From Nymphaea colorata (taxonomy: Eukaryota): a DNA stretch of 64,000 nucleotides. Within the stretch, counting starts at the first letter, position 1; every line of letters starts with the position of its first letter. The position numbers and the translations under genes are program-made. Under the pieces are notes generated by a model that did not search any database, was not told where the DNA came from, and was given only the letters and a program-made list of their open reading frames with translations. Below are positions 24,494 to 38,000 of the stretch, one piece after another. The stretch covers positions 41,168,001 through 41,232,000 of the forward strand of contig NC_045138.2 in NCBI RefSeq assembly GCF_008831285.2, written 5' to 3'.

Positions 24494-27400
24494 GCTCTCG
24501 TCCAAGCGGTGGGATAACCCTTTCGCTCACCCGAAAAATCAAATTCCTAAAAAAAAAAAAAAAAAGTGTTCTAAACAAAGGTCATTCACATAATGTCCCA
24601 AAAAATTTTCAAAATATTGGTTTGCATGTTTTGTAGGTCAACATTTTGTCCGTCACAGGACTCAGATATGTCCATAGAACAAACACCTTTTTGGCTTTCA
24701 GGCTGTACAAGGTGTATGGATTTAAGTGGCTAAAAATCTAGTTTGACTTAGTTTGGAACCCAAAAAGGAAACAAATGATGACATACAATAGTCTGAAACC
24801 TGTTTGACACCTATCTTGTTAAAGAGGAAATTGTAATTTTTAATATTTTGTATTCTTTTTTTTTTTTGCAAAATCTATGATATTGATGCGATCTTCACCT
24901 CAAAAACATTACAAATCCACATATAAATGACATTTTTTAATGTGTAAATAAAATTTTACTTAATTAATAGTTTCAACCCATTGCAACTATGCTTGAAGCA
25001 GACCTTCCTTTAGGGATTTAATAATTTGGATGCAGATGATTAGAGTACATAGAAATCAAAATTTGGTTTTGATATAGGGATTTAAAATTTCATTTCCTCT
25101 TCAAAAATGCGGAAATTTTCTGTTCTTCCATTCTCACATTGCTTCTGAATTTTCCCCTCAACTAGTTGTGTTTTCTCATTTTCATGTAAATTTCAATAAA
25201 ATGGGAGGGGAGCCCTCTCTCCCTGCATGTTCGCATTAGAAGATTCTTATGTAAAATATATATCAAAGATTCATTATACTAAAAATCTTATGCAGTAAGG
25301 CTGCAAATCGTTCGAACCTGCATCCAAACCTCTCATTTACCAGATCCGACTTAATTGGATCTCTCCTATCTATAGGATAGACATAAATATGAGTCTTTTA
25401 TAAGACATGGTTATGTACCATAGCCCCGATCCAGGAGCCAAGGATTTCTTCCTTTCCCCTTGCCTCCACAGATCAAAGGGTTGACATTCATGCCACTCGA
25501 ATCAGCAACCACCTACCAACTGGCCATTGGTCCGAGCCGGTGTGTCAAACCCTTTGGAGTTGTTTCATACTATTAAAAGTTGTTTGGCAACAAGGACATT
25601 CAATGAATGTCGCATAAATCTGCCTCAAAGATTAAGACTGATTCATAGAACACTAATTCTAGTATACTGTGAGTATATACCAATCTTGAAGGCAGATTCA
25701 CGGAATACTCATTGAATGTTCCTATCGTTTGGTAGTTGGAACACTTTAAGAGTGTTCTATAAATTTACCCTAAAGATTGGAGCAGATTCATGAAATCCAT
25801 ATATCTACTTCCATGAAACTGCTCCAATATTTGAAATAAATTTATGGAATGCTCACAAAGTGTTTCGTTTGTCAAATGTCTGCATTTGCCACAAAAGTGG
25901 GGTAGATTCATGAAAGACTTTATAGTATCCAATAAATCTAAGCAATTTTTGGGTTACATGTATGAGACTAACACATTATTAATGTTCCCAAACTTCCCCT
26001 TATAGCGAACTCAACTTATACGTTGAACTCGGGTTTGATTCTTTAAACACTTTTCGTTTGTTCTCATGCCATTTTTTTAGTTTAGTCTCCTCTATTTCTT
26101 ACATGTACCAATGTTGGGGGTTTTTTTGGCAAAACTAGAAGCCTGTAGTTGGAAAGTTCAAAAACCTATGATAGCAAAGTTCGATTGGTAATCATCATTG
26201 ATAGTTTTCCTACCTAAATAGACCAAATTCAGGCCCCAATAATCCACAAATCATGATATTAGAACATAATTTTAAAATATTTTTGGTCTAGCTGAAAGAT
26301 CTAGTGGTTCATACCATTATGCAATCCATCCCTTTGTACTTTGAAACTGTGAATTTACTCTTTGACAGTCATGGAGGTGAAAAATCTCTCTTATGGCTAG
26401 TAAAAAAATCACAATATGACTGTATTTGTCAGGGAACAGTAGTGGTACTCTACAATTCATAACTGCTGCTTTCTATAGGAATTTCCCTTTGTAAGATTCC
26501 CTTCTGGATGTTTGTATTTCAAGCACAAAAAACAAGGATTTCATTGCATATAAAACACCCAGGAGGACATCTTCTCCCACACGGCAGATCTGAAACAGTC
26601 CCCTAAATCTGGGATCTCTAGACCATTTATCCCCTTCTGTCTTTATAGCTAAGGAACTGCACCAGTGAATGCCACATTCCTAAGGGCAACTGTATTAGAC
26701 TTGGACTGAATTTACCACCCAATCAGAACTGCATTCCCAAGCAACCCGACTCGTTGGCAACGCTTCATAATGCAAGAGAGTTTGAGAACAAAGAGCTCTC
26801 ACGCGCTTTGGTGCAGTATCTGAAGGGACTTTGGCGTAATCTGTCGCTATATAGACTACAATTCTGAAGTGAAAGTCTACCAATTTTAGTCCCCAAGGGG
26901 TTGATGCAATGAATGGGGTAAAGACTGGTAGGCGGCTAGCTTCTGTTTCGAATATCCGAGTTCCGAGGCACCAACTCTTTGTGGTGCAAACATGGGGTCA
27001 CCGATACGTAAGTTGAAGTGCGGCAGGTGCAGCACCCTAAGACACCTAGGGCAGACTCTATATCCCAAGGGGACGAGGGATTGGGTGAGAGCTTCGGCTG
27101 AGCCGTAGGATGAAATACTCCTCCTGTTGACCGGCCCAAAAGATCTATCAATTTTCATTTTGAGTTCTTTGTTTATTGTCTGTTGCCAAGTGATCTCAGT
27201 GGCTTACCCTAACACACTAGTTTTAGGCATGCATGTACATCCAAGGAAATGTCGCCTTTTAGAGGCAGCAAGCAGGAAACCCATGTAGTCATGGCTACCA
27301 ACTCCCACTTATCTTCTAATATTATAAAGTATTTCTTTTTCATTATACACAAATTCTTGTGCACATACACATACATAGAGAATCATGTATATTACTTAAC

Positions 27401-29958
27401 AATATCATCACAACCACTATCAGAGACACTCTTTCAATTGGGAAGATGGAGTTAGGCAGATTCATAACAGATTATTAGAACCACCATGAAACATTCAATC
27501 AATTTGTTCAAATTGCGTACAATATGGCATATTAAAAGTAACTATTTGAAAAAAATAAATGGCAATTAGCAGTTTTGACTTTATTAAATTACTTTTTACT
27601 GTGACAAATTGTAATCCACTTGATCAAATTGACATAGATGATCTGAAGCAGTTTTCATGAACCTTACGTAGAGTACTTTTTCTCGAAGATCTATGAGTCA
27701 ATCATGGAGATGGACTTGCAGTTCATTCCTCAACCAGCAGTCATAGGGATGTGAGAATTTAGTTCATAAAACCATATGATCACTTCATAAAGTGACCATT
27801 GGGGCTTAGGATGCCAGTGTACTCTTAAACTTTATACACTCACATCAGCAAAAGCAAATGGCCCCAATTGTTGGGCAACTTCTTAGCCTGTTTTTCATAG
27901 CCTTCGATCTAAGATCCAAGGTGATTTGAGATCCGTACTGCTGTTTATATAAACGACAGATTTAGATCCATGATTTCGTGATCCTTGGTGAATGTAAAAA
28001 CTGCAGATCTGTAGTTCAAGCTGAGGTAAAGAAGGGTTGGTGGATGCATGTATCTTACATCTATGCAGTTCTCGGATCACTTTGAATCTTAGATCCGAGG
28101 CTATCAAATGCAGCTTCAAGGTCGCCCAAGTGGTGACCAGGTCTTCGAGTCAGGGTCTGACAAACTCTCGAGGTATTTCATGCTCAGCTCCTTATTTAGG
28201 AAAAAGTAGAAAAAATAAAGGTATCTAGGCTAGATATGTTTGAAGCCATTGATAAGAAGCAAGAAAATTTTACAATGGTTACACCAACCTTCACACACAC
28301 ACAGACACAAGCATGTGCACACATAAATACATGCATGCACGTACATGTGTGTGCACCCAACACACTAAAGTTATAAGCATGAAGCAAAAGATATATGACA
28401 ATAGTAAAACTAGTGTAACTTTTACTTATTTACCATGGTTACGGTAAAAACATAATGTTGTCCATGCATGCATTGGTCCCGGGCTAAAGAATTTCTGATC
28501 TTTTCATCTGCAGTGATCGTGATGAGACTGAACCCAGTTGGCTCTTTTCAGATATTTATCCTAAGGACCACTGTACCTCTTACACCAGGAGCTCCCCTTC
28601 TTAGCCTCATGACAGTGGATGCACATTTATTCTATGTGTTGAATGCTTTAGATGGAATATACCACTTAGCCAGGGATCTAGAAGATGCAGAATTTGGAGT
28701 TATCAGTTCTTTTAAGAATGAATTCGATTATGAAGTCTTTGGTTTTGTAAGATATTATAATTTAAAAGGATTAAAAACAGAAAGTGAAATGTGAATATTA
28801 TAGGAATGTGGAGCAATCTACTTTGGCATAGGAAGTAGTTCATGAACAGCAGTGGATAGAAGGGCATTGACATGAGAAATTCCACCCACTTTTTTGCTCA
28901 ATTTCGTTTTCATTCAACTGCTTTTTTAATTCAAAGAACTGACCAGATCACATCAAATCTGATAGGTTTTTAACGGGAACAAATTGAAAGTTTTAGTTTT
29001 CCAAAAAGATAATGATAAGAAAAATGGAAAAAAGATAGATACCCTGAAGATGCCGAAACATTTCTTCATGCTTTGGAACTCCATCAAATAAAGTGTCGTG
29101 CATTCATTGTTTGCAATTTAGAAAAATAATACTTACAGAAATGGAACTGATGGCCGGACTTTCACAGTAACCAACTATTCTACGCCCCTAAGGGGAAACC
29201 AAAAGACTTGTTACGGAAATCATGAAAAAGAACCTACAAATAATAATTTATAACATTAAATCAACTGGGGATAGGAATAATCAGTAATTATTGTACAATC
29301 GCAAGAAATCAACGAACCCACTAGAGAGATTATTCTTTTTTCATCGATTCGAGTGGTTCTACCATAATCAAGTTTAACATCACTAATCTTATGTTTCGGC
29401 ATTTTGAGGTGAGAAAGGCAAGAACGAACAACATCAACAACACAATAATTCAGTCAGAAATTATGTAGCAGTAAGGATGAGATCATAGAGGAATCTCCAA
29501 AGCGTGGCTCATGTGAAAAGCTTGACTTTGCGCAGAAAAGTTTGAGTTGATCCATCATTGGGTTGCTTTGCCTCAATTTGCCGCTTGCAACTTTATATAA
29601 ATAAAAAATAACAAGGCAAAGAGGCTCCATTGTGAATTGATGTTGCCCTATCATGATCATGATGGTAATGGTGGTGATGATGATGATTCAAATTTCAGTC
29701 CCACCCATGTCAATGTCAGCCATGTGGATGATGGCAGATGGGTAAGGCTCAAGAAGCTTGCTTTTGCATGCAGACAAACTATAAAAGAATATGAGAGGGA
29801 TATATATATATATTCTCAGCAGAAATTCTACTTCAAATAATTTATAGAACATCATCTAGTGGGGGGAAAGCATGAGTAGTTTCTTAGCTTAAATGTCCCT
29901 TTCCTTGCTGATAAATCTTCTTAAAAGCATATTATTAAGGATAATGGTAACTTAAGTG

Positions 29959-30354
29959 CATTGACTTCCAAGTGTACAGGGCCGCGGAATGATAGGCCTT
30001 ACTTTTTCAAAGTTGACATTGATAGCTTAAATTCGGCCAACAAGAGTTCCATCCACCTAGCTAGTTTTACATTCTTCAAGTTGAAAAGGTCAATAGTTCA
30101 GTACCTCTTAATTTGGGTGAACACGGTTTCCCACTACCAAAAGGAAAGTTGAAGCTCTCACCCAACCCCCGCTACCTCTTAAACCCATCTTAGTAAAGAT
30201 TTAACTTAAGTGAGACACCAGAATCCTAGAATCTCATTGAGTTCCAAGTGTCGAGTGCCGCCGAATTATTAACCGTCAATTCGCGGACAAGAGCTCCATC
30301 CACCTAGCTAGGAGTTATATTTATTACTCTTTCAAGTTCAAAAGGTCAATAGTT
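29959..30354. repeat. Diverged direct repeat (about 29959-30098 and 30235-30354)
   Basis: cattga(c/g)ttccaagtgt, caagag(t/c)tccatccacctagctag and ttcaagtt(g/c)aaaaggtcaatagtt each occur twice in the same order. Confidence 0.85.
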
Positions 30355-30742
30355 TGCAACCCATATTGATTTGACATCTTGAGAGGCGTAGTCAAGGTGG
30401 GTTGCTAATAAATGAACAAGGAAGTTCAATGATGACCAAGCTGCTGCCAATGAGATCTCCAATTACGTTGTCAGTTGAAGATCCTTTTTTTGAGAGAAGT
30501 TGAGAGAAGTTAAGCAGTTCAATACATTATAGATAAATAAGTTATAGCAAATCTGGATAAAATACATTAACATGATCATGCTATTAAACATAGTTGCTGG
30601 CTTAAATGAAAAATGAAGCGATACACAGAATGGAAGGGAGAAAGTGGGGTGAAAAAGCAGAACCATGCAAATCCATTATTATTTTTTTATATTATAGTCA
30701 GAAAGGCTGCATTTGGGCCTAAAACTAGAACCTCGCCCTAGG

Positions 30743-30910
30743 CAGGGGTAGAGCTAGGATTTTTTTCAGGAGCAGGCCGACAGTCCAACTTTTGAATCCG
30801 GGTAGGGTCAATTGAATTCAAATCCAAAAAATACATAGCACAATTAAAAGTTTTTTTTCGTTGGCCGGGGTGGGGCCATGACCTAGGCGCCCCCCTTCCC
30901 TCCGCCCCTG
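30743..30910. mobile_element. hAT-type MITE, 168 bp
   Basis: TIR caggggtagag / ctccgcccctg; exact 8-bp TSD gccctagg (30735-30742, 30911-30918). Confidence 0.88.
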
Positions 30911-31038
30911 GCCCTAGGTCTTTGCATGTTTTAATTTGTGCAGAGGGTTGACGCCCATGAAAATTGAAGTGATAAGTGACCGCGCATCAATAACCGGCCT
31001 AATCCAAAGAGCTTGAGGTTATAGTACCATATTTCAAG

Positions 31039-31184
31039 GAGTGGCAGAGCCAAAAAATTTTGGCTAATGGGTACTCTTTAAAAATTTTCATTTTTTAAAG
31101 GACACTAGTATATATAAATAAACAAATATTTAAAGGCACCTACATCTGGTGTGGACAACTACTTACATCAGCTCTCCGCCACAG
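31039..31184. mobile_element. hAT-type MITE, 146 bp
   Basis: Degenerate TIR gagtggcagag / ctccgccacag; exact 8-bp TSD atttcaag (31031-31038, 31185-31192). Confidence 0.82.
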
Positions 31185-31718
31185 ATTTCAAGTCCATTCA
31201 AAGTGTTCTTGTGGGTTTCACACAAGTACTGAAAGTCTGAAAGTATTTAACTTAACAATTTAAAGTTCAACAAACAAGCGTAAATGGTCATTTTTGGACT
31301 ATGCACATTACCGTGATTATTTTCATAATATTTATCGTTAGGTTATACTTTTGGATGAACATTAAAGTTATAATTACAAGAATACTCAATGATGTCTCTC
31401 TTGGCTCTACCTAATCTTTTGATTCCGTTGACTTTGGAGTGGAAGAGATTAAATTTAAAATAATTAAGGACATGACTGCTACTTCCACATAAACCAAATG
31501 CTCACTATGTATGCTTAAGACTCAACATCATCCTAGTTAAAATATCAAATCCAGGTGCTTAAACACAAATAACGACGATTTCTTTCTACAACAAAACAAA
31601 AGACGACCACCAACAATATAAAAAGCAACTCTTCATGTATTTTTGTCGATGTTTCATCTTCATTCTTTATTAAATTTAATCACTCACTCACCCTTGGCAC
31701 TAAGATTCATGCTAAGTG

Positions 31719-31918
31719 CTTTGATGTCAATAGGCTCGATTTAGATTGGATATCCAACCGAATTGTTTCAAATAAATCAGATATGAAAATATATATGCTT
31801 CAAGTATAAACCTTCTTTTTTATTAGTACTTTAATATAAATTCAAGCCCGAATAGGAAAACATTCTTGAATGTAGTAAACGGTACATTTGATTCGAATAT
31901 GATCCAATGACATCCCTA
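31719..31918. mobile_element. Decayed Ds-like (hAT) element with TAGGGATGTCA terminus
   Basis: Right end tgacatcccta; same terminus at 57015-57026; left end partial (gatgtcaat); no TSD found. Confidence 0.45.
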
Positions 31919-32214
31919 CTTCAGTCACACGATATAATCCTACGTCCTAATTTTATTGGATGTCTCCGAAGAACCTACACAATTTTCTAACCAACATTTG
32001 AACTTAATCTCTAGTTTGATCACCAAACTATCGGCCAAGAAAACACTGTCGCTACTCCGTAATCTATAAAAATGACACTAAGTACAATTTTAATATTTGC
32101 TAAAAGACAATTAGGACAATAATCACTTACATGCCGTTAAAAAAAATAAAAAATTAATGGTTATTTTATAGGGCAAGGTGGGGACAATTAGGTTAATAGT
32201 GTCACTTAATTTAA

Positions 32215-32720
32215 TCACGTATTCTTTGGAGGACCATGTCCATAGGTCCTGCTTTGTCTGGGCTTCGGGTCAAGGCTCGTGGGGGACCCACCTGTCCCTA
32301 TAGCAGGACCCCCATGGGAAGTGGGGCCCACATCGGTCCAGGGCGTGGGGAAGACGCCCAACCACGACGAAGTGGGAAAAAAAGGGCAGGGTGGGACCCA
32401 CCGCTGGGAGGGTCGGCACGTGCTCGTCCGCACGTGGTCGGGTCCCGGACCGAATGGCCGGGAAAATGCTGACGGAGCAAACGTCACTTCAAGTCCCCCC
32501 GCCGTTAACTCTAACGACTTTTCCGCATTGACGCCCGTGCGAGACGATAATCTTTTCCCCTACCCCTGGCTTCTGCATTTATGACGCACTTTGTCCCTTC
32601 CTCGTTTGGTCGCTGATTCGGGTCAATGGATCTGGATAGGATCCGACTTCGGAGTTGCTGGGACGGTTCCTTTTGTCCGGGTTTGGCGTTGTCCAGTAGC
32701 GTACGTGTGACCGGGCATGG
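32215..32720. promoter_or_regulatory. CpG-rich candidate enhancer with class I TCP sites and G-boxes
   Basis: GGNCCCAC at about 32284, 32324 and 32394; CACGTG at 32417 and 32431; CCGTT at about 32502. Confidence 0.55.
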
Positions 32721-34259
32721 ACTGGAAAGTTTTAAGGCGGTAATTGAATTTTGGGTCTTGTATCTCTCATTTTCGGGGTGATTAATTAATTAAATGCATT
32801 TTATCTATCTGGATTCTAGTTCCTTTTGGATTGGATTTGGGTCCAATCCATGTGCGACTTTAGGTTTCATTTTCAAATGAGCAAGGAATCCAAGCTATAC
32901 TTGTGTTTGCTTATCAGATCCAGGTCTGGTTCAAAACAATTTGGACCGACCACCATTGTGATTCTCAGCGGTCGAGACTCGAGAGGGACATGGATGTCAA
33001 TTTTTGAAATCAGAGGGATGTAACCGACCATTTGCCTTCCGGATCAGATTAACCGCCATTAGCTGTATGGGGATACAACGTAGACGCCGATGACCAGATT
33101 CCATTTATGGTAGTTTCGTTATTTCCATCGCTTTCGTGTCCTTTTCCACGAAACGTTATAACGTTAGTAACAGAGAAGTAATGAATACGCAGATCCTGCC
33201 CAAAGGGACACAAAAGTCAGATTAATAACTTAAAGTACCCCGACAAGGTACCCTGACCTTATTAAACCGAGCGGTCAGGTCATTTACATTACTACGTAGA
33301 TTGTTTCTTCAAACTCAGTTACGTTAAATGCTTAGAGAGTTAATAAAACTCCTGATTTAGATCCGAACTGCTTGCATCCTAATCGAGCCAACTTGCAATA
33401 TAATGATCTTACCAATCAATCAATAATAGTTGTAAGCTTGTTGCATTTGTCTATTAGATTTAAGTTGGCCATATTTATATACAAATTTCTTAAATTAATA
33501 CTAAAGCTGAGACCATGGTCACACAAAAAGTTCATTAGGTTGTGTTAGGTATTTTTGTTGACTATAGCTGACTAGAGAGTATTGAGCATGTCATGTGGCT
33601 TGCTGGGATTTGTGTATTAAATATAGATCATCTCTATAAGTTTGTCCTACTTATGATCAAAACATCAAAATCGTAAAATTATGAACATAGTCTGATGATG
33701 ACAAAAGCCAGTGCTCCCCTCATTTTCATCTATAGGGTCTTAGGTTGTATCGACTCGGAATCAAATCAGGGAGCCGTCGGTGATCTGACCAGCTATGCCA
33801 AACCTTTTCAATTAAAATGCAACTTAAGCATTCCGCTGTGCAGGTATTCTTTGAATTTGTCGGCTGCTTTTTACGATATTAGTGCTAATGACAAATTATA
33901 CTAAGCTAAATGGCTTACTTATGGTGTTTATTGGATCGGGACCCACTTAGGAGACAAAACCTGACCCACTTACTAGACCGATCTTGGCCTTGATGCTAGC
34001 ACGATTAATGGAGCTCTTAAGGGCAACATACCTCATGAAAGCACCAGCATATCACGTGCACGTAAAGGCCGTGGCAGGGTTCGTTATTTCCAGGAATATG
34101 AAGGCGTATTCTATGAGAGGTCCCCGTTATTTTAGTTACGACGAGGCGGACGATGTGCACGCGAAGAACAACACATTTAATAAACAGAATGGAGAAAAAA
34201 AAAAAAAAACGTTTGGAATCAATTAACGTCTCTTTTATTAAGGAAAAGGCGAAAATGGA

Positions 34260-34993
34260 GATTATTTTATTTCCTGGATTTTTTAACGACGGCGAGGGCT
34301 CGGCGACGGTGGTGATGATGATGGCGATGATGTTGATGATGATGGATGATGGATCGTGTGCTCCTGTTGGATGATGATCTTTCCCACTTAAAAGAAGAGA
34401 AAGGAGGAGGAAGAAGAAGACGGGCGCTTCGTCTTCTTCGTACGTGCGCCAGCATCTCCGGCCGTTCGCCTGGCACGTGCGATCTTTGGCGGGCGATTCT
34501 CTTTCTCTCCCTCTCTCTGTCTCCGTTCGTTGTCCAGTCGGAACCCTAGAGTCGCTCCGGAAATCGGATAAAGAAGGGAAAACCGGGGAGATAATCGGGA
34601 TAAGCTCAGATACTCGCTGTCGCCTGGAATGCGTGGATATTTTCCCTGGGGTTTTCGTGCATTTTGGTGATATTTCGCGATGTTGGCTCGTTTGGCGTTT
34701 CCGGAGCTCGCCGGAGTCGGGAATGGTGGAAATTGAGGCGAATCTGGGGATTTCGTGGCGGAGCCGTGGATCTTGAGGGTTTTCTGGCGCTGCGATCTTT
34801 GGGGTATCGATACGATGGAGGGAGTTTCCGGCGGGGTGGTTCTTTATAGGCCTCGACGGTTGTTTGCTGCGAGTGAAAGATCTTCAATCTGCGCACTGGA
34901 ATTGTGGTGAGGGGAATGAGCGGGATTTGGGCCGGAGCTGATTGATTGCGGAAGGGCGGAGACGGCGTTTTCTTGTTTCCGTGGCAGCCGCAG
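34260..34993 (+). promoter_or_regulatory. PRAF/RLD proximal promoter and GC-rich 5' leader
   Basis: CpG-rich; CACGTG at about 34473; CT-rich Y-patch 34497-34525; directly precedes exon 1; TSS not determined. Confidence 0.6.
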
Positions 34994-35041
34994 ATGGCCG
35001 ATCTCAGCAGGACTGGCCCTGTGGAGAGGGACGTCGAGCAG
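34994..35041 (+). CDS. PRAF/RLD exon 1 (MADLSRTGPVERDVEQ)
   Basis: Family-typical N-terminus; donor GTACAC at 35042; in-frame stop upstream at 34943-34945. Confidence 0.9.
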
Positions 35042-38000
35042 GTACACACGTGCCTTTTTTCATTTGTTGTTCTTCGTGTTTGCGCTTGATCTATCGGCCT
35101 TCTGCTTGGTCTGGTCGTTGATCAGTTAATCTCTGGAACGCTAACGAGGCTAGTAAGCATTCTTTTGTTTAATTAGTGGAATGGGAAATGGTTGGTCGAT
35201 GGCACCTATGCTGTGGTAACCATGACTCCATGAGTTTTGTTCAGTGTTGCTTTTGTGGGCTGTCATTGGATTTCTCCGTGTTGATTGGATTGATGAAAAT
35301 GCTGTGCAAAAGCAGATGGATATCGTGGTTTTGAGTTCCTACTATTTTCTCACTTGAGGAGTGTTGGTCATGCTAGACCTAGCGCTTTGGTTATGAGCAG
35401 AGAATCTGGGCAACTCGTGGTGGTTAACTTACCATGGGTAGTAGACCAATTATTTTTTCTTCCTCACTGTTTATCGTGAGTGGCATGTGGGGGCGAATGG
35501 AGGTTAGCGATTAAGTTTTTTGCATTCTTAATAACATTGGGTGATAAGCTATGGAAATGTTTTAATGCTTCACGGGGATTAGTATATACATTTTTCTGGA
35601 CAGGAAACTGATTGAGATATGTAGCATATGATCTTTTAAAGTGGTTGAATTCGTTTTGTTTTCACAAAACAGTGATTTTTTTTTGTTCTAAGTAGAAAAA
35701 TCTTCATCTTAATGATGGAAATGCGAAAACCTTCTTGGTTTTTAAGTGGCAAACTGCGGTATTCAGTTGTAAACTGTGCCTGAATTGAGGTACTTGAAGC
35801 CTGGTGTGCTTCGCGAGTGGGAAGTGCTTAAAATAAAAACATTGGTGAAAATATCTTACAATGGTAAGTTATTGCTCACTTTCTGATGGGCAAAAAGCAA
35901 TTGCACCAGGATCTATTTGGTTCGCATTCTTACTTCTTTCATATGTCCTTGATCTTGCACAAAGCTTCTTCAAGGGCTCTGTAATTTGCTGCTTCACAAA
36001 GGGGAAATCTCACCGTACTTCCTTTTTCAGTAAAAAATTATGTTTGGATTTTTAGAAAATAGAGAGATGAAGTTCTCGACTGCATGCTTGGGGCAGAGTT
36101 TCTATATATATAAAGGATTTTGATATTTTATAAAGGTTAACAAATGAGGCTATGTTACGTATTCATTGTCGTAAGTTATTCTCTAGTGGACAATAACATG
36201 TTTTACAGATATGGGACGAGGCTGTTGCATGTAAGATGCTTGCAGTGATGCTAAACCTTTAGTTAATTAAGTTTTTAACAATGCATTGAGTTCAAGCATC
36301 CAAAAGCAAGAAGTAGCTCATGATACATGATAAGGAGCACAAAAAATTAGATTATCTTGTTCTAGATCAGCATGCACCTTCATGTGGTTTTTCTCAATCA
36401 AATTGAAAGTTAGCCAATGTATTATCCATTGCCACAAGTATCATTCTCAGGAAAACATCGGTGAAGTTTTTCTCGGGCAATTTTTCAGCAAAGTTGTTCT
36501 TCTTTGGGAAAAATCTCAACAATTTTTAAAAAAATCATAAACAACCTTAAAAAATTCTAAAAATGAAAAAATATTAAAATCTAAAAAAACACTTTATTTT
36601 CACCTTGGCAAAATTCTGATGATCTTTTCCCAATTTTTTCATTTTTTTTGAATTTCTCGTAAATGTCACTAGATTTTTGAAATTCTGGCAATATATGTGA
36701 CACTAGTATTATCATATCAATTCTATGGCCTGTAATGGAAGATTTTGGCATGTTAATCTCAGCTGATTAATTTTTAAAATGGATCTATGCTCAATTTTCA
36801 CTATTAATGATGCCAAGGCCCATGCTTGTAACAATATGAACTAAGCATCTTCTTGGATTTTAGATGAAAAATGAACACTGTTAGTAGGTTATAAAGGTAT
36901 AAACACATGGTTTTTCTCTACTTTACCCATGCCAAACAATAGTACATGAGGAATTGAGCTCCAGCTGACATGTTATAAAAGTTGTTTTTTTACACAACAG
37001 TAGAATTGCAGTTAGTTTATCCATATCGTACAATATGGATGCGTGTCATACGACACGTATAGGTCGGCTTGACCATATGATATGACATTTTTCCTTATGT
37101 ATTGTAGGTGTATTTGTTGTATTGTATGATACGTCAGAATACGGTCGATACTCCCCATGCATATGACATGGGGAAAATTTTGAAAAACAGGCTGACGCCC
37201 CTTTATATCAATTTTCTTTTTAAACCCGACTCTCCCCCTTCATTTTTAACAATTTTAACAGCTTTGGGAGGGGGAATTTTTGCTAGTTTTAGAGAGAAAT
37301 CACCAATAAATCATCGATTAGAGGGAGAAATTGCCAATAAAACATCGATTTGAGGGAGAACAAAGGTGAAAAAGATTATGATTATTGTATTGATTGATGA
37401 CAATCATGATATTAATCATAGACATATTTTCAATTCTTATTTGTCAATGGACAATTATGTGTTGTGTTGTGATGTGAAACTTTAGACTTTATACTTATTA
37501 AGTTATTTCTAATGTGTTGCTAACAAATTAGGGCTGATGAATTACGAATCATGAATATTCATTATGTGAGATGTGTTTTGCATGATTTTTCCTTATTTTC
37601 CTGATTTTTCTATATTTCTTGTTTTTACGAATTAAAAATTAATTTAACGATACACTTACAAGTTACAATACATTACAATACGGCATATGGGTTGGCCTGA
37701 TTGGTACACGATGCAATATGCCTTTTACAACATTGCTTGCTGCAACCAGCCTGCGTTTCGAAGCTACACATGCCAATCAGCTATTCTCAATTATATGATG
37801 GGAACTGACCAAACAGGTGACATATCCCAGTTGACAGACCTTCCCTTGATACGCAAGAAAGAAATTTATTTAAGAAAAGCAAAACCAGTTTAATAAATGG
37901 TAAAAGACAAAGCTGGAGGAACCCAGCGAAACAGTCACCTACACAGAATCAGAGCAACCTGTTATGGTCAATCTTGTCCATCATATTGTCTTTGATTAAA

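Noticed and set aside
34444..35049. Several 60-147 aa ORFs on both strands at the PRAF 5' end
   Set aside because: Chance ORFs in a GC-rich leader; the true exon 1 is 34994-35041.
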